Shown piece by piece: positions 30,630-40,375 of a DNA stretch of 64,000 nucleotides. Position 1 is the stretch's first letter, and every line of letters begins with the position of its first letter. This stretch comes from Roseibacillus sp. (GTDB lineage: Bacteria; Verrucomicrobiota; Verrucomicrobiia; Verrucomicrobiales; Akkermansiaceae), in assembly GCA_965242925.1 (NCBI GenBank), contig CBDEUM010000030.1, positions 288,001 through 352,000 on the forward strand, in the 5' to 3' direction. The notes beneath the pieces were generated by a model. It was not told the DNA's origin and searched no databases. It saw only the letters and a list, made by a program, of their open reading frames with translations. The translations under genes and the position numbers were made by a program.

Positions 30630-32717
30630 ATGTCGTGGTTCTCCCGGACCACGCTGGCCGGGTTCACGGTGTTGGTTGCGGCGTTGGCGGGATCGTGCCG
30701 GATCTCGACGGCCGCCGGGCCCAATCTCGTCGCCAACGGTGGCTTGGAAACCGTGGATCCGAAGTACACCGACCGGCCACGGGGGTTCCGACCCGGCCGG
30801 GTCGGCAAGGCGTTCTCCGAGATGACCTGGACATCACCGGGCCACAACAGCCGGCGATGTGTTTCGGTCACGACGAAGGACTCGTCGGGCCTGGGCTACT
30901 GGCAGACCCTGGTGACCGTGGAGCCCCGGACCACCTACACCATTTCACTGGACTACCGGGCCAGGGCCGCGGCGCTGGAGACGGGCATCCCACACTTCCC
31001 TCGTAGTCGACCGGGCGGTCCGAATCTCGAGCTGGGCATGCTGCCGTCGGATGCCACCGTCGCCGGGCAATCGACGACCTGGTCGGATATCGGGATCGCC
31101 CTGGATCCCGTCGGGGGCATCTTCCTGCCGTTGGCGACCGAGTGGTCCCGGTTCCGGCACACGTTCAAGACGCGGGCGGGACAGACCCGGCTGGTCGTCA
31201 AGTTGCGTCTTTGTCATTACGCTCAGCAGGTTTGGTTCGACAACCTCTCTGTTGTCGAAGGCGAGTTGCCGAGGCCCGGGATGGTGGCCGATCCACTGTG
31301 GGCAGCCGGCGACACCACGCCACCGGCGGTCTTCCGTCCTTCGCCGCTTCCGAACACGAAGGCCGCCCGCGATACGATCATCGGGGCCGTCTTCTCCGAA
31401 GACGGGTCGGGCGTCGATCCGAAATCCGCCCGGGTGCTGCTCGACGGAAAGGACGTCACCTCGCTGGCTGTGATCAACGCCGGCGGTCTCCGTCTCTCAC
31501 CGGACCATCCGCTTGCCGAGGGCCCGCATCGCGTCTCGGTTTCGATTGCCGATCGCGGCGGCCTCCGCAGTAACACGCTTGCCTGGCAGTTCGGCGTCGG
31601 TCGAACGCTGCGGAATACGCTGGTAATGAAGGTTGCGAAGGACGTGAAAACCTGGTCCACCCGACTCAACAGCGAGCCATTTTTCCCGATCGGGATCTAT
31701 GCCTACTCCTGCCAACCCGGCGACGGCCGTTTTCGGGCCGATCATCTTCGGCAGGCGGTCGACGCCGGTTTCAACATCGTGTTCAACACGATCGAGACCC
31801 GACAGGGGCTCGACATCGAACTGGCCCACGGCATCATGGGCACGCTGAACATCACGGCCGGATTGAAACACTGCACCGACCCCGAGGCGGCCGCGGTGGC
31901 ATTGATGAAGATGGGGCAGGGCCGCTTCGCCGATCATCCCGGGGTGGTTGCCTTCTGGGCCGACGATCCGGAGAACGTCGAGAACTCGATGGGGACCCCG
32001 ATTTCGGCGACGGCGATTGCCAAGATGCGCACCGCCCGCGTGGCCCTGCGGAAGGGGTTCCCGCGGATTCCCATGGTGTTTGCCATCTCCAACCTCCCCC
32101 GCCTGAAATCGGCAATGCCTTACGGCGACATCCTGCTCAGTTACCGCTACCCGGTGCCGCAGTATCATCCGATGACGATCAACGCCTTTACGATCCAGAC
32201 GTGTCGCAGCCTGGTGCCTGACAAGCCGTTGTGGTTTCTTTCGCAGGCGGTCGATCTCGGCTACGGGGCTCGGTTCAAACTGCCCCGGCCGATGCGGCCG
32301 ACGCCCGGCGAGGTGCGGGCCATGGCCTTCTACAGCCTGGCTTGTGGCATCAACGGCTACGCCCTGTATGCCAATTTCCTCAACGACAAGGATTACCCCG
32401 ACCACTGGGCCACGGCATTGGACGTGGCACGTCAGATCCGGTACATCGCCGGCCCGTTGACCGCCGGACGGGATGTCCGGACAGCGCGTCTGGATCCCGG
32501 ACCGGACACCGGCTCCATCTTCCATCGCGAACTCCGGCACGGTGACCATCACACGCTGATCGCGATCAACATGTCGGCCGGGGTGGTTCCGGTGACCTGG
32601 CTGTTCAAGGAGCCCGTGGAGGCGCAGTCGCTCTTCGAGAACCGCAAGATGACCAGGCCGTCCGACAGGGTCCGCGATGTGTTCGGTCCCTGGTCGGTCC
32701 ATCTCTACCAGTGGTGA
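30630..32717 (+). CDS. Secreted carbohydrate-active-like protein (CBM4/9-like, Ig-like, putative glycoside hydrolase barrel)
   Basis: NLVANGGLE...VWFDNLSVVE; DTTPP Ig-like module; PFFPIGIY, HPGVVAFWADDPE; very GC-rich; start uncertain. Confidence 0.6.
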   Translation: MSWFSRTTLAGFTVLVAALAGSCRISTAAGPNLVANGGLETVDPKYTDRPRGFRPGRVGKAFSEMTWTSPGHNSRRCVSVTTKDSSGLGYWQTLVTVEPRTTYTISLDYRARAAALETGIPHFPRSRPGGPNLELGMLPSDATVAGQSTTWSDIGIALDPVGGIFLPLATEWSRFRHTFKTRAGQTRLVVKLRLCHYAQQVWFDNLSVVEGELPRPGMVADPLWAAGDTTPPAVFRPSPLPNTKAARDTIIGAVFSEDGSGVDPKSARVLLDGKDVTSLAVINAGGLRLSPDHPLAEGPHRVSVSIADRGGLRSNTLAWQFGVGRTLRNTLVMKVAKDVKTWSTRLNSEPFFPIGIYAYSCQPGDGRFRADHLRQAVDAGFNIVFNTIETRQGLDIELAHGIMGTLNITAGLKHCTDPEAAAVALMKMGQGRFADHPGVVAFWADDPENVENSMGTPISATAIAKMRTARVALRKGFPRIPMVFAISNLPRLKSAMPYGDILLSYRYPVPQYHPMTINAFTIQTCRSLVPDKPLWFLSQAVDLGYGARFKLPRPMRPTPGEVRAMAFYSLACGINGYALYANFLNDKDYPDHWATALDVARQIRYIAGPLTAGRDVRTARLDPGPDTGSIFHRELRHGDHHTLIAINMSAGVVPVTWLFKEPVEAQSLFENRKMTRPSDRVRDVFGPWSVHLYQW

Positions 32718-32762
32718 GTCCCGGGCGGATGATCACAGCGCCTGGGGAACGGAACCAACTCC

Positions 32763-32954
32763 ATGTCTCGAAGAGTCGTGTCCTAGCCGGCCGGCTGCAT
32801 AGTCCTGCCGGTTGTTCTGCTGATTGTCCTGGCTGCCAGGCCGGGTGATTCCCAGCTTGCGTCCAGGGCCGAAGATTCCGCCGGGCCGGTTGAGCCGATC
32901 GACATCGGTTCGCGGCGCGAGTTGTTCGTGGACGACTACCTGGTCGGCCGTTTT
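32763..32954 (+). pseudogene. Truncated 5' end of the next donor gene (GH32-like PVC family)
   Basis: MSRRVVS*PAGCIVLPVVLLIVLAA...EPIDIGSRRELFVDDYLVGRF; one premature TAG; cut where repeat C starts. Confidence 0.65.
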
Positions 32955-33050
32955 GTTGCACCCCCTCCATACGCTTGGTGCCTCCTTTTCATCACACCCC
33001 GCCCCTCTCCCCGCTTGCCGACTGCGCCTGGGGGGCGGTAGGGATGGGGA
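32955..33050 (+). promoter_or_regulatory. Junction repeat C-start/A/B, likely promoter of the LRR gene
   Basis: GTTGCACCCCC ... CACCCCGCCCCTCTCCCCGCTTGCCG-18 bp-TAGGGATGGGGA-ATG. Confidence 0.7.
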
Positions 33051-33650
33051 ATGAAGAGACTCGCCCTGCTGTTTGCCGCGCTACTGGTCGCGGGTTGTGC
33101 TGAGAAGTCGTCATCCGAAGGTTCGGAGTCGGCCACTGGCAGGATCCCAGACCTTCCCGAGATCAGCCTCACCGTAGAGGCGCAGCTCAAGGCCCTCGGC
33201 TTCCATCAAGCGGGCGCCTTAGGGCATAAGATTAAAGGTGATGCGGTCACTATCACTAGCTGCGATGAAAAAGCATCCGGTGCGTTAACCATTCCTGCGA
33301 CAATTGAAGGCAAGTCGGTCACCAGCATCGCGTATAATGCCTTCATTTATCGCACTCGCCTGACGAGCATCACAATTCCTGACGGCGACATCAGCATCGG
33401 GGAAGACGCCTTTTATGAATGCACCAGCCTGACCAGCATCACGATCGGTGAGGGCGCCACCAGCATCGAGGATGGGGCCTTCTATGGCTGCAGCAGCCTG
33501 ACCGCAGCGACATTTCTTGGGGATGCTCCCAAGGATGGGGGAAGAGTTTTCAGCGAATCCTCCCCAATAATCTACCGCAAACCCGAAGCGAAGGGCTGGG
33601 GTGATACATTTGGTGGCAGACCAGTGAAGCTCATCAGCGAGAAACCCTGA
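33051..33650 (+). CDS. BspA-type (LRR_5) leucine-rich repeat lipoprotein
   Basis: Lipobox LVAGC; IPATIEGKSVTSI, SIGEDAFYECTSLTSITI, FLGDAP. Confidence 0.9.
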   Translation: MKRLALLFAALLVAGCAEKSSSEGSESATGRIPDLPEISLTVEAQLKALGFHQAGALGHKIKGDAVTITSCDEKASGALTIPATIEGKSVTSIAYNAFIYRTRLTSITIPDGDISIGEDAFYECTSLTSITIGEGATSIEDGAFYGCSSLTAATFLGDAPKDGGRVFSESSPIIYRKPEAKGWGDTFGGRPVKLISEKP

Positions 33651-33653
33651 CCC

Positions 33654-33695
33654 CTCTCCGGCTTGGGCCTGCTCCTTCGTCGGCGCCGCTCATAG
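33654..33695 (+). pseudogene. 3' tip of a PEP-CTERM-type gene
   Basis: Reads LSGLGLLLRRRRS*, compare GLGALGLGLRRRRS* of the 61376 gene; followed by a terminator. Confidence 0.6.
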
Positions 33696-33725
33696 AGCGC
33701 CCACGGAGGAACAACTATTCTTTCG

Positions 33726-33754
33726 AAAGCGCACCGTTCAGGTGCGCTTTTTTT
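33726..33754 (+). terminator. Rho-independent terminator
   Basis: AAAGCGCACC-GTTCA-GGTGCGCTTT perfect stem followed by a T run. Confidence 0.85.
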
Positions 33755-33865
33755 ATTAGACCAGGAGGCATACTCGGTGCGCTGTCCTTCCCCACCTATG
33801 TTCGCCCAAAAAAGCCTAGGACTAAGTCCTCTTATTGATTGTATTAAGACTCCTTCACCAAGGTT

Positions 33866-36800
33866 ATGCGCATAAAACCCATCCTCATCTCTCTTTCCAT
33901 CCTGGCCGGCGGAGCAACCATCGCGGGCGCAGCCACCATAATCGGCGAAGGCGAGGCCCGTCCTTTCGCCAGCGGAGGAAGTCCCGATGGCTGGTCCGGA
34001 GTCGGCGTGCTCGAAACCGCGATCATCGACTCTACCACCGTTCCCGGCGTGGGGGACCTTGTCGAAATTATGGAGGTGTCGATGCTTGCCGGGGCTGGTC
34101 GCGCTGGCGGAAATCACCACTTCATCCCTCTCCTCGTCGATTCCTCGGACCAGATCGCCTGGATCGGCCCGGAGCTGACCCCGACCGTTGATGGCCTCAA
34201 TACCTTCCCCATTACCGGAGCGGACCCGATTGACATCAGCACCGAAACCTATCGCCTGGGCCTCTGGCAATGGAATGATGGGCAGGATGACAACGCCGGC
34301 GGGACCATCGCCTTCGCGGGAGGCGGCGGCGGGGGAATGTTTTACCAGAATCTCAATGGAACCCTTGGTGCCGATGCGATTTCGATCGGCCACGATGTTT
34401 CGGGCGGGCAGCAACATGCCTCCGGTCCCGGTGGTCGCGACTATCACATTGATCTGACGGTTTCGGCGATTCCAGAGCCCTCGGATCCCCTTCCCCCCAC
34501 CGATATCAGCCTGAGCAATAGCGAGTTGCTTCCGGGATCGCAAGTTCCCACTGATGTTGGGATCTTCAATACTGCCGATCCCAATCCCAGTGACAACGTG
34601 TTCACCTACCAACTCGTGAGTGGAGCGGGTGATACCGACAATGCGCTCTTTGCGATTGCAGGACCACGTCTCGAAACGGCAACCGTTCTGGGCGGAGCGG
34701 GCAACAGTTATTCCATTCGCATTCGCTCCACCGATCCTGGCGGGCTCTCCCTCGAGAAGAGCTTTTCTCTCTCCATCGTCGCGGGCCAAGCTCCGACCGG
34801 AATCAGCCTGACTACGGCCGTGATCTCAACCGATGCGCCCTCAGGGGCGACGGTAGGGCTCTTCGATACCAGCGATGCCGACGCCGCGGATGTGCATACT
34901 TACACTCTTGTTTCCGGAGTGGGCGACGCCAACAATGGAGCCTTTGCGATTAGCGGAGACGAACTGCGCACCGCCCAGGCTCTCCCGGCCGGCGGCGCGA
35001 GTCTCTCCCTCCGCGTGCGCTCAACCGATCTTGGTGGATTCACCGTCGAAGAGACGTTTGTTATCCTCGTGATCGACCCGTCCGTCCGCATCAGCGAATT
35101 CATGGCCAGCAACAGCACCACCTTGCTGGACGACGATGGAGATTCGTCGGATTGGATCGAGATCGTCAACGATCAGGCGGAGGAAGTGAATCTCTCCGGT
35201 TGGTATCTTACCGACGACGCCAACAACCTGACCAAGTGGCAGTTCCCGTCGAAGGTGATTCCCGGGGGCGGCTATCTGGTGGTGTTTGCCTCGAACAAAG
35301 ACCGCGCCGGGGCAAACGACCCGAAGCTCCACACCAATTTCCAACTCACCTCGACGGGCGAATACCTGGCCCTGGTCAAGCCGGACGGACAAACCATCGC
35401 CTCGTTCTATGCGCCGACATACCCACCGCAGACAACCGACGTGTCTTACGGGGTGAGTGCCGACGGCAGTGTGACGGGGTACTTTTCGCCGCCCACGCCC
35501 GAAGAGGCCAACGGCGCTCCCTCGCCCGCGGGAATCAATACGGTGGAATTCAGTGTGACACGCGGGTTTTTCGATACCGCCTTCGACGTGACGCTCACGC
35601 CTGCCATCCCGGGCTCGACCATCCGCTACACCACCAGTGGGAGCAAACCAACGACGGGCTCGGGGACGGTCTACAGCGGGCCGATCACTATTCCGAGAAC
35701 CTCCACCTTGCGCGCGATCTCCTATGTCCCCGGGGGCGGCGGGCCCGATTCTCTAATCGCGACCCACACTTATATCTTCGTCGCGGACGTGGTGAGGCAA
35801 GGCAACATGTGGTCAACGATCACTCAGAATGCCAACTGGGGTCCGCGGTTGCCGGGAGCTCTGACGGCGCTACCTACCATCTCCCTGGTGAAATCCGGCT
35901 CAATCTCCCAGACGGAATCCGAGACCTCGATGGAGCTCATCTTCCCGGATGGCACCACCGGATTTCAAGTCGACTGTGGGGTCGAGCACTTCGGCGGGCA
36001 CAGCCTGGGTTCGCCCAAGAAGAACATGCGCATGAGCTTCAAGAAGAGCTACGGACCGTCGCGCCTGAACTACGATATCTACGGTGGAGATGCCGCCAAG
36101 GAGTTCGACCAGGTCATCCTGCGAACTGGTTCGCACGATACCTGGTTTTGGACACATCCCAGCGGGCATGGCGGAACCTACATTCGTGGTCGTTGGGCAT
36201 TCGACCGACAGCTCGAAGCCGGCCATGTGGCGCCACGAGGACGCTGGGTTCACGTCTACATCAACGGATCGTATCACGGGATGCATCATCTCATGGAACG
36301 CCCGAATGGGGCCTTCATGGCCTCCTACCTCGGGGGGGAGAAGGAAGACTACGAAGCGCTCAACGCCGGAAGCACCATCGACGGTGACAAGAGTACTTGG
36401 AATGCGATGAAGGCGGTGTTGGGCGACTACGGTCAGCTCAAGAACTACATGGACGTAAAGAATTACGCCGACTATATGCTTCTGCAGTTTTATGGCGGCA
36501 ACGATTGGGACTGGAATTCCTCCCAGAACTGGGCGTCAGCCAGCCGCAAAGTGCCCGATGCGTCCTACAAGTTTTTCGCCTGGGACAGCGATGTCCTCAT
36601 TCGCAGCACCCTGAATGCCAATGTGATAAACCGTGGTGGACCCGAAAACATGTGGGGTGCGATGAAGAACCACGACGAGTTCAAATTACTCCTCGCCGAC
36701 CGGGCCCATGAGTTTTTCTTCAATGATGGGATGCTCACCCGCGACCGCGTGTTGGTGCAGTTCGATGAACTCACCGACCGCATCGATCAGGCCATCTTTG

Positions 36801-39730
36801 CCGAGTGCGCTCGCTGGGGAAATAACAACAACTACACGCCTGCCACCTGGCAGAGAGAAGTCGATGAAATCAAGAACGACCTCATCGACCAGCGGACAAA
36901 TGTGGTCATTGCGCAGATGCGGGCCGCGGGCGTCTTTCCCAGTTTCGACGCACCGCTCTTCAGTCAACTTGGAGGACAGGTGCCCGACGGCTTCCACCTG
37001 ACCCTTTCGCTCCCCGGAAACGGTGCGCGCGGCCGGATCTACTACACCTTCAATGGCGGAGACCCGACCGGAAACACTCCACTCGGCGGGGGCACGGAAT
37101 CAGTGTTCCTCGATCAGGGAGTGGCTGCGCGCGCTCTCATTCCCTCGATCGCCAACGGGGGCGATTCGTTGGGCGATTCCTGGAAGGGAGGAGCGGAGCC
37201 CTTCGACGACTCCTCCTGGCTGAGCGGGACGAGCGGAATCGGTTACGATACGGGGAGCGACTACGATGCCCTGATCGGGCTGGACGTCGAGGCCATGCAA
37301 GGCGTGATCGGCTCCGCCTACGCTCGCATCCCCTTTGACCTCACGCAGGCGCAGATCGACAACATCAATCAGCTGCGTCTCGATATGAAGGCCGAGGACG
37401 GATTTGTGGCTTACCTCAACGGTGTGGAAGTTGCCTCGCTGCAGAAGCCCTCGCCGTTATTATGGAATTCGAACTCGGACAATTCCACCAGCGATGGGAC
37501 TGCCGTGCAGTTTCAGACGCATGATATCACGCAGCACATCGGCGACCTCGTGGCGGGGAGTAACATTCTGGCCTTCCATCTTCTCAATCACTCCAACACG
37601 AGCAGCGACCTGCTCTGCCTGCCGCGTCTGGTGAGTGTGGAATTGCCAGACGAGGGAGAGGTTGATTCTCCGGGAGTGGAGCTCTACACCGGTCCGATTA
37701 CTCTCACTGAGTCGGGTACTGTGCGGGCCCGGGTTCAGTTGGGTGGGCAGTGGTCGGCTCTGGAAGAAGCCTTCTTCTATGTTGAGGCCGAAGCTCCTGC
37801 TCCAGGGGAACTCGTGTTAACCGAGATCAATTACAACCCCCAGGGTGCCGACGATGCCGAGTTTCTCGAATTGAAAAACGTCAGTGCCAAGAACCTGATT
37901 CTCGATGACCTCCAGTTCACCGATGGAATCAGTTTCACCTTCCCGGTCAATACCGTGCTGCCGCCTGGCGAGTACGTCGTAGTGGTGGGGAACGAGACCG
38001 TCTTTGCAGGCCGCTACCTGGATTCCAGCTCACCCTGGATATCGACTCCGGTGACGGTGGCGGGGGAGTTCACAGGTTCGCTCGACAACGGGGGGGAGAA
38101 TCTCACCCTGGTGGATGCCTCGGGCGGAGATCTTCTCAACTTCGCCTACAACGATTCGGGGAGTTGGCCGGGTCGCGCTGATGGAAAAGGGAGCTCGGCG
38201 GAATTGGAGCGTATTGGGGACCTGACCTCAACTCAGCCTGAACTCAACACCGAACTTGCCAACGGTGACAATTGGCGGCCCTCCAGCGAGTTTCACGGCT
38301 CCCCCGGGCGCGGGGGCAACGGACCCGATAACCGCGTGGTATTCAATGAACTCCTCGCGCGAAGCAATCTGCCTGCCACCGATTGGTTTGAACTCTACAA
38401 CACCACTTTGGGACTCGTGGATCTCAGTGGCTGGTTCATCTCGGACGACAGCGCCGAGTACAAGAAGTTCGAGATCCCCGGCAGCACGAACCTCGAGGGT
38501 GGTATGTTCCTCGTCTACGAGGAGAATGATTTCAATGCAGGCGCCAACCTCATCGACTTCGCGCTCAACGGAGCAAAGGGAGACGACCTCTATTTGCTCG
38601 AGGCCGATGTGTTTGGGAATCTTCTGCGTTTCGTCGACCGGGCCGAGTTCGGCGCCGCGCGTAGCGGAGAGTCATTGGGGCGCTGGCCCGATGGGACGGG
38701 AGACCTCTATCCCATGCAATCGCAGACCCCGGGGCAGCCCAACAGCACCGGCGGAAACTACGTCCGCGTGGGGTCAGTGGTGGTGAGCGAGGTGATGTAC
38801 AATCCCTCTGCGGCCCCGGACACCGGTCTGGAGTTCATCGAGATTCACAATACGGGTGCAACCGCGGAGAATCTTGCCAACTGGCGGCTGCGGGGGGAGG
38901 CCGAGTTCGATTTCGCGGCGGAGAATCTCGGGGCGGGAGCGGTGCTCTTAATTGTGGGATTCGATCCGAATATCGATGTGGCCGAGCGCAACGCCTTCCT
39001 CGCAACCTACCCCAGCGCGAGCGCTTTGCAGCTTCGTGGTCCGTGGTCGGCGGGCTTATTGAACCTCCTCGACAACGGTGGAGCGCGCATTGTTCTGCAA
39101 CGGGCCGACGATCTCGAGAGTCCTCCCGGCGAGACGCCGTTCTATCCTGCGCTCTTTGAGGACACGGTAAATTACAACGACGTTGCTCCCTGGCCCACCG
39201 GACCGGATGGCACGGGCCCTTCCCTGAGCCGAATCAGCGCGGTGGTCTACGGTGACGATCCGGCTAACTGGCAATCGGGCACAGCAAATCCCGGCGTTCA
39301 TGCGATTGGCACGATCACCTATGAACTATGGGCTGCTCATCACGGATTGGGAGTCGGCCCCGAGGCCGCGCCCCAGGCGGACTTCGAACTTGATGGCGTG
39401 ATCAACCTCCTGGAGTTCGCCCTCGATAGCGATCCCACCGCGATCGATCCGGAGAAACTTCCCCCTGCCACTACGCAGACTCTGAACGTGGGTGGGCAGC
39501 TTGACGATTATCTCGCCCTCACCTACCGGAGACGACGCGACGCGCCTAACCTCGTGTACACCGTGCAGGTGAGTCACGATTTGGTGAACTGGTCGATTCC
39601 GACACAACAAGTCGGCAATCCCGTCGATAATGGTGATGGGACGGACTCGATCACGGTTCGCGACACGCAGCCCATCGGGGCTAGCGGGCGCCGCTTCATG
39701 CGCTTGTTGGTGGACCTTCAAGAGCCATAG
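33866..39730 (+). CDS. Large secreted protein: cadherin-like, lamin-tail (LTD), chitobiase/FN3-like and CotH kinase domains
   Basis: ISEFMASN..DWIEI (LTD, several copies), IRYTTSGSKP, VHVYINGSYHGMHHLMER, NDWDW, FFAWDSD; C-terminal RRFMRL. Confidence 0.88.
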   Translation: MRIKPILISLSILAGGATIAGAATIIGEGEARPFASGGSPDGWSGVGVLETAIIDSTTVPGVGDLVEIMEVSMLAGAGRAGGNHHFIPLLVDSSDQIAWIGPELTPTVDGLNTFPITGADPIDISTETYRLGLWQWNDGQDDNAGGTIAFAGGGGGGMFYQNLNGTLGADAISIGHDVSGGQQHASGPGGRDYHIDLTVSAIPEPSDPLPPTDISLSNSELLPGSQVPTDVGIFNTADPNPSDNVFTYQLVSGAGDTDNALFAIAGPRLETATVLGGAGNSYSIRIRSTDPGGLSLEKSFSLSIVAGQAPTGISLTTAVISTDAPSGATVGLFDTSDADAADVHTYTLVSGVGDANNGAFAISGDELRTAQALPAGGASLSLRVRSTDLGGFTVEETFVILVIDPSVRISEFMASNSTTLLDDDGDSSDWIEIVNDQAEEVNLSGWYLTDDANNLTKWQFPSKVIPGGGYLVVFASNKDRAGANDPKLHTNFQLTSTGEYLALVKPDGQTIASFYAPTYPPQTTDVSYGVSADGSVTGYFSPPTPEEANGAPSPAGINTVEFSVTRGFFDTAFDVTLTPAIPGSTIRYTTSGSKPTTGSGTVYSGPITIPRTSTLRAISYVPGGGGPDSLIATHTYIFVADVVRQGNMWSTITQNANWGPRLPGALTALPTISLVKSGSISQTESETSMELIFPDGTTGFQVDCGVEHFGGHSLGSPKKNMRMSFKKSYGPSRLNYDIYGGDAAKEFDQVILRTGSHDTWFWTHPSGHGGTYIRGRWAFDRQLEAGHVAPRGRWVHVYINGSYHGMHHLMERPNGAFMASYLGGEKEDYEALNAGSTIDGDKSTWNAMKAVLGDYGQLKNYMDVKNYADYMLLQFYGGNDWDWNSSQNWASASRKVPDASYKFFAWDSDVLIRSTLNANVINRGGPENMWGAMKNHDEFKLLLADRAHEFFFNDGMLTRDRVLVQFDELTDRIDQAIFAECARWGNNNNYTPATWQREVDEIKNDLIDQRTNVVIAQMRAAGVFPSFDAPLFSQLGGQVPDGFHLTLSLPGNGARGRIYYTFNGGDPTGNTPLGGGTESVFLDQGVAARALIPSIANGGDSLGDSWKGGAEPFDDSSWLSGTSGIGYDTGSDYDALIGLDVEAMQGVIGSAYARIPFDLTQAQIDNINQLRLDMKAEDGFVAYLNGVEVASLQKPSPLLWNSNSDNSTSDGTAVQFQTHDITQHIGDLVAGSNILAFHLLNHSNTSSDLLCLPRLVSVELPDEGEVDSPGVELYTGPITLTESGTVRARVQLGGQWSALEEAFFYVEAEAPAPGELVLTEINYNPQGADDAEFLELKNVSAKNLILDDLQFTDGISFTFPVNTVLPPGEYVVVVGNETVFAGRYLDSSSPWISTPVTVAGEFTGSLDNGGENLTLVDASGGDLLNFAYNDSGSWPGRADGKGSSAELERIGDLTSTQPELNTELANGDNWRPSSEFHGSPGRGGNGPDNRVVFNELLARSNLPATDWFELYNTTLGLVDLSGWFISDDSAEYKKFEIPGSTNLEGGMFLVYEENDFNAGANLIDFALNGAKGDDLYLLEADVFGNLLRFVDRAEFGAARSGESLGRWPDGTGDLYPMQSQTPGQPNSTGGNYVRVGSVVVSEVMYNPSAAPDTGLEFIEIHNTGATAENLANWRLRGEAEFDFAAENLGAGAVLLIVGFDPNIDVAERNAFLATYPSASALQLRGPWSAGLLNLLDNGGARIVLQRADDLESPPGETPFYPALFEDTVNYNDVAPWPTGPDGTGPSLSRISAVVYGDDPANWQSGTANPGVHAIGTITYELWAAHHGLGVGPEAAPQADFELDGVINLLEFALDSDPTAIDPEKLPPATTQTLNVGGQLDDYLALTYRRRRDAPNLVYTVQVSHDLVNWSIPTQQVGNPVDNGDGTDSITVRDTQPIGASGRRFMRLLVDLQEP

Positions 39731-39796
39731 AGTGTCACGATCTGATTCCGGAACAGCAAAGGCGAAGAGGTTGATTCGTCCGAGAAGTCCAAATTA

Positions 39797-39869
39797 TAAC
39801 CTCACCCTGCCCCGATCCGCGTGGCGTAGCCTCTCCCCGCTTGCCCCCTGCGCCTGGGGCAGGTAGGTA
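39797..39869 (+). promoter_or_regulatory. Junction repeat A-B placed as promoter of next gene
   Basis: TAACCTCACCCTGCCCCGATCCGCGTGGCGTAGCCTCTCCCCGCTTGCCC-17 bp-TAGGTA, 6 bp before ATG 39876. Confidence 0.8.
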
Positions 39870-39875
39870 TCAGGA

Positions 39876-40298
39876 ATGAAGAAAGCCCTGACTGCCCTGT
39901 GCTTCGCCTCAATGGGAACGCTCCTGTTTGGTCTTGAGAAGCCCGCCGCTCCAGCTCCTGTTGGCCCAGCGATTACCAAAGTAGATATACGCCCCTCAAA
40001 AATCGAATTCAGCCGTTGGAACACACCGGTTGAGCTGACATCTCTCGAAGACGCGAAGAAACATTTTGAAGGAGATGCTCTGGATCAGCTGAAGGCCAAA
40101 GTCGACTTTGGAAATCAGATTGTGTTGGTTTTTTCCTGGCGTGGTTCCGGGCAAGACAATTTGGACTATGTCGTGATGGAATCCTTCCCAGAGCAGATTG
40201 CCTTCTCCTACCGTCCGGGCCGAACCAGGGATTTGCGTCCGCATGTGCACGTGTTTGCCCTTCGTGCCAACGTGAAATGGCGCGCGGGAGGAAAATAG
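39876..40298 (+). CDS. Small secreted hypothetical protein (possibly PrcB C-terminal-like)
   Basis: Signal peptide; KVDFGNQIVLVFSWRGSGQD. Confidence 0.65.
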   Translation: MKKALTALCFASMGTLLFGLEKPAAPAPVGPAITKVDIRPSKIEFSRWNTPVELTSLEDAKKHFEGDALDQLKAKVDFGNQIVLVFSWRGSGQDNLDYVVMESFPEQIAFSYRPGRTRDLRPHVHVFALRANVKWRAGGK

Positions 40299-40331
40299 AT
40301 TCCCGCTTAGAAAATCATGCCGTCAAAGGCA

Positions 40332-40370
40332 CATGGCGGCGCCTTGACGAAAAAGCGATTTCCTTTCAGT
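40332..40370 (+). repeat. 39-bp direct repeat, copy 1
   Basis: CATGGCGGCGCCTTGACGAAAAAGCGATTTCCTTTCAGT, identical to 41526-41564. Confidence 0.95.
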
Positions 40371-40375
40371 ATAAA

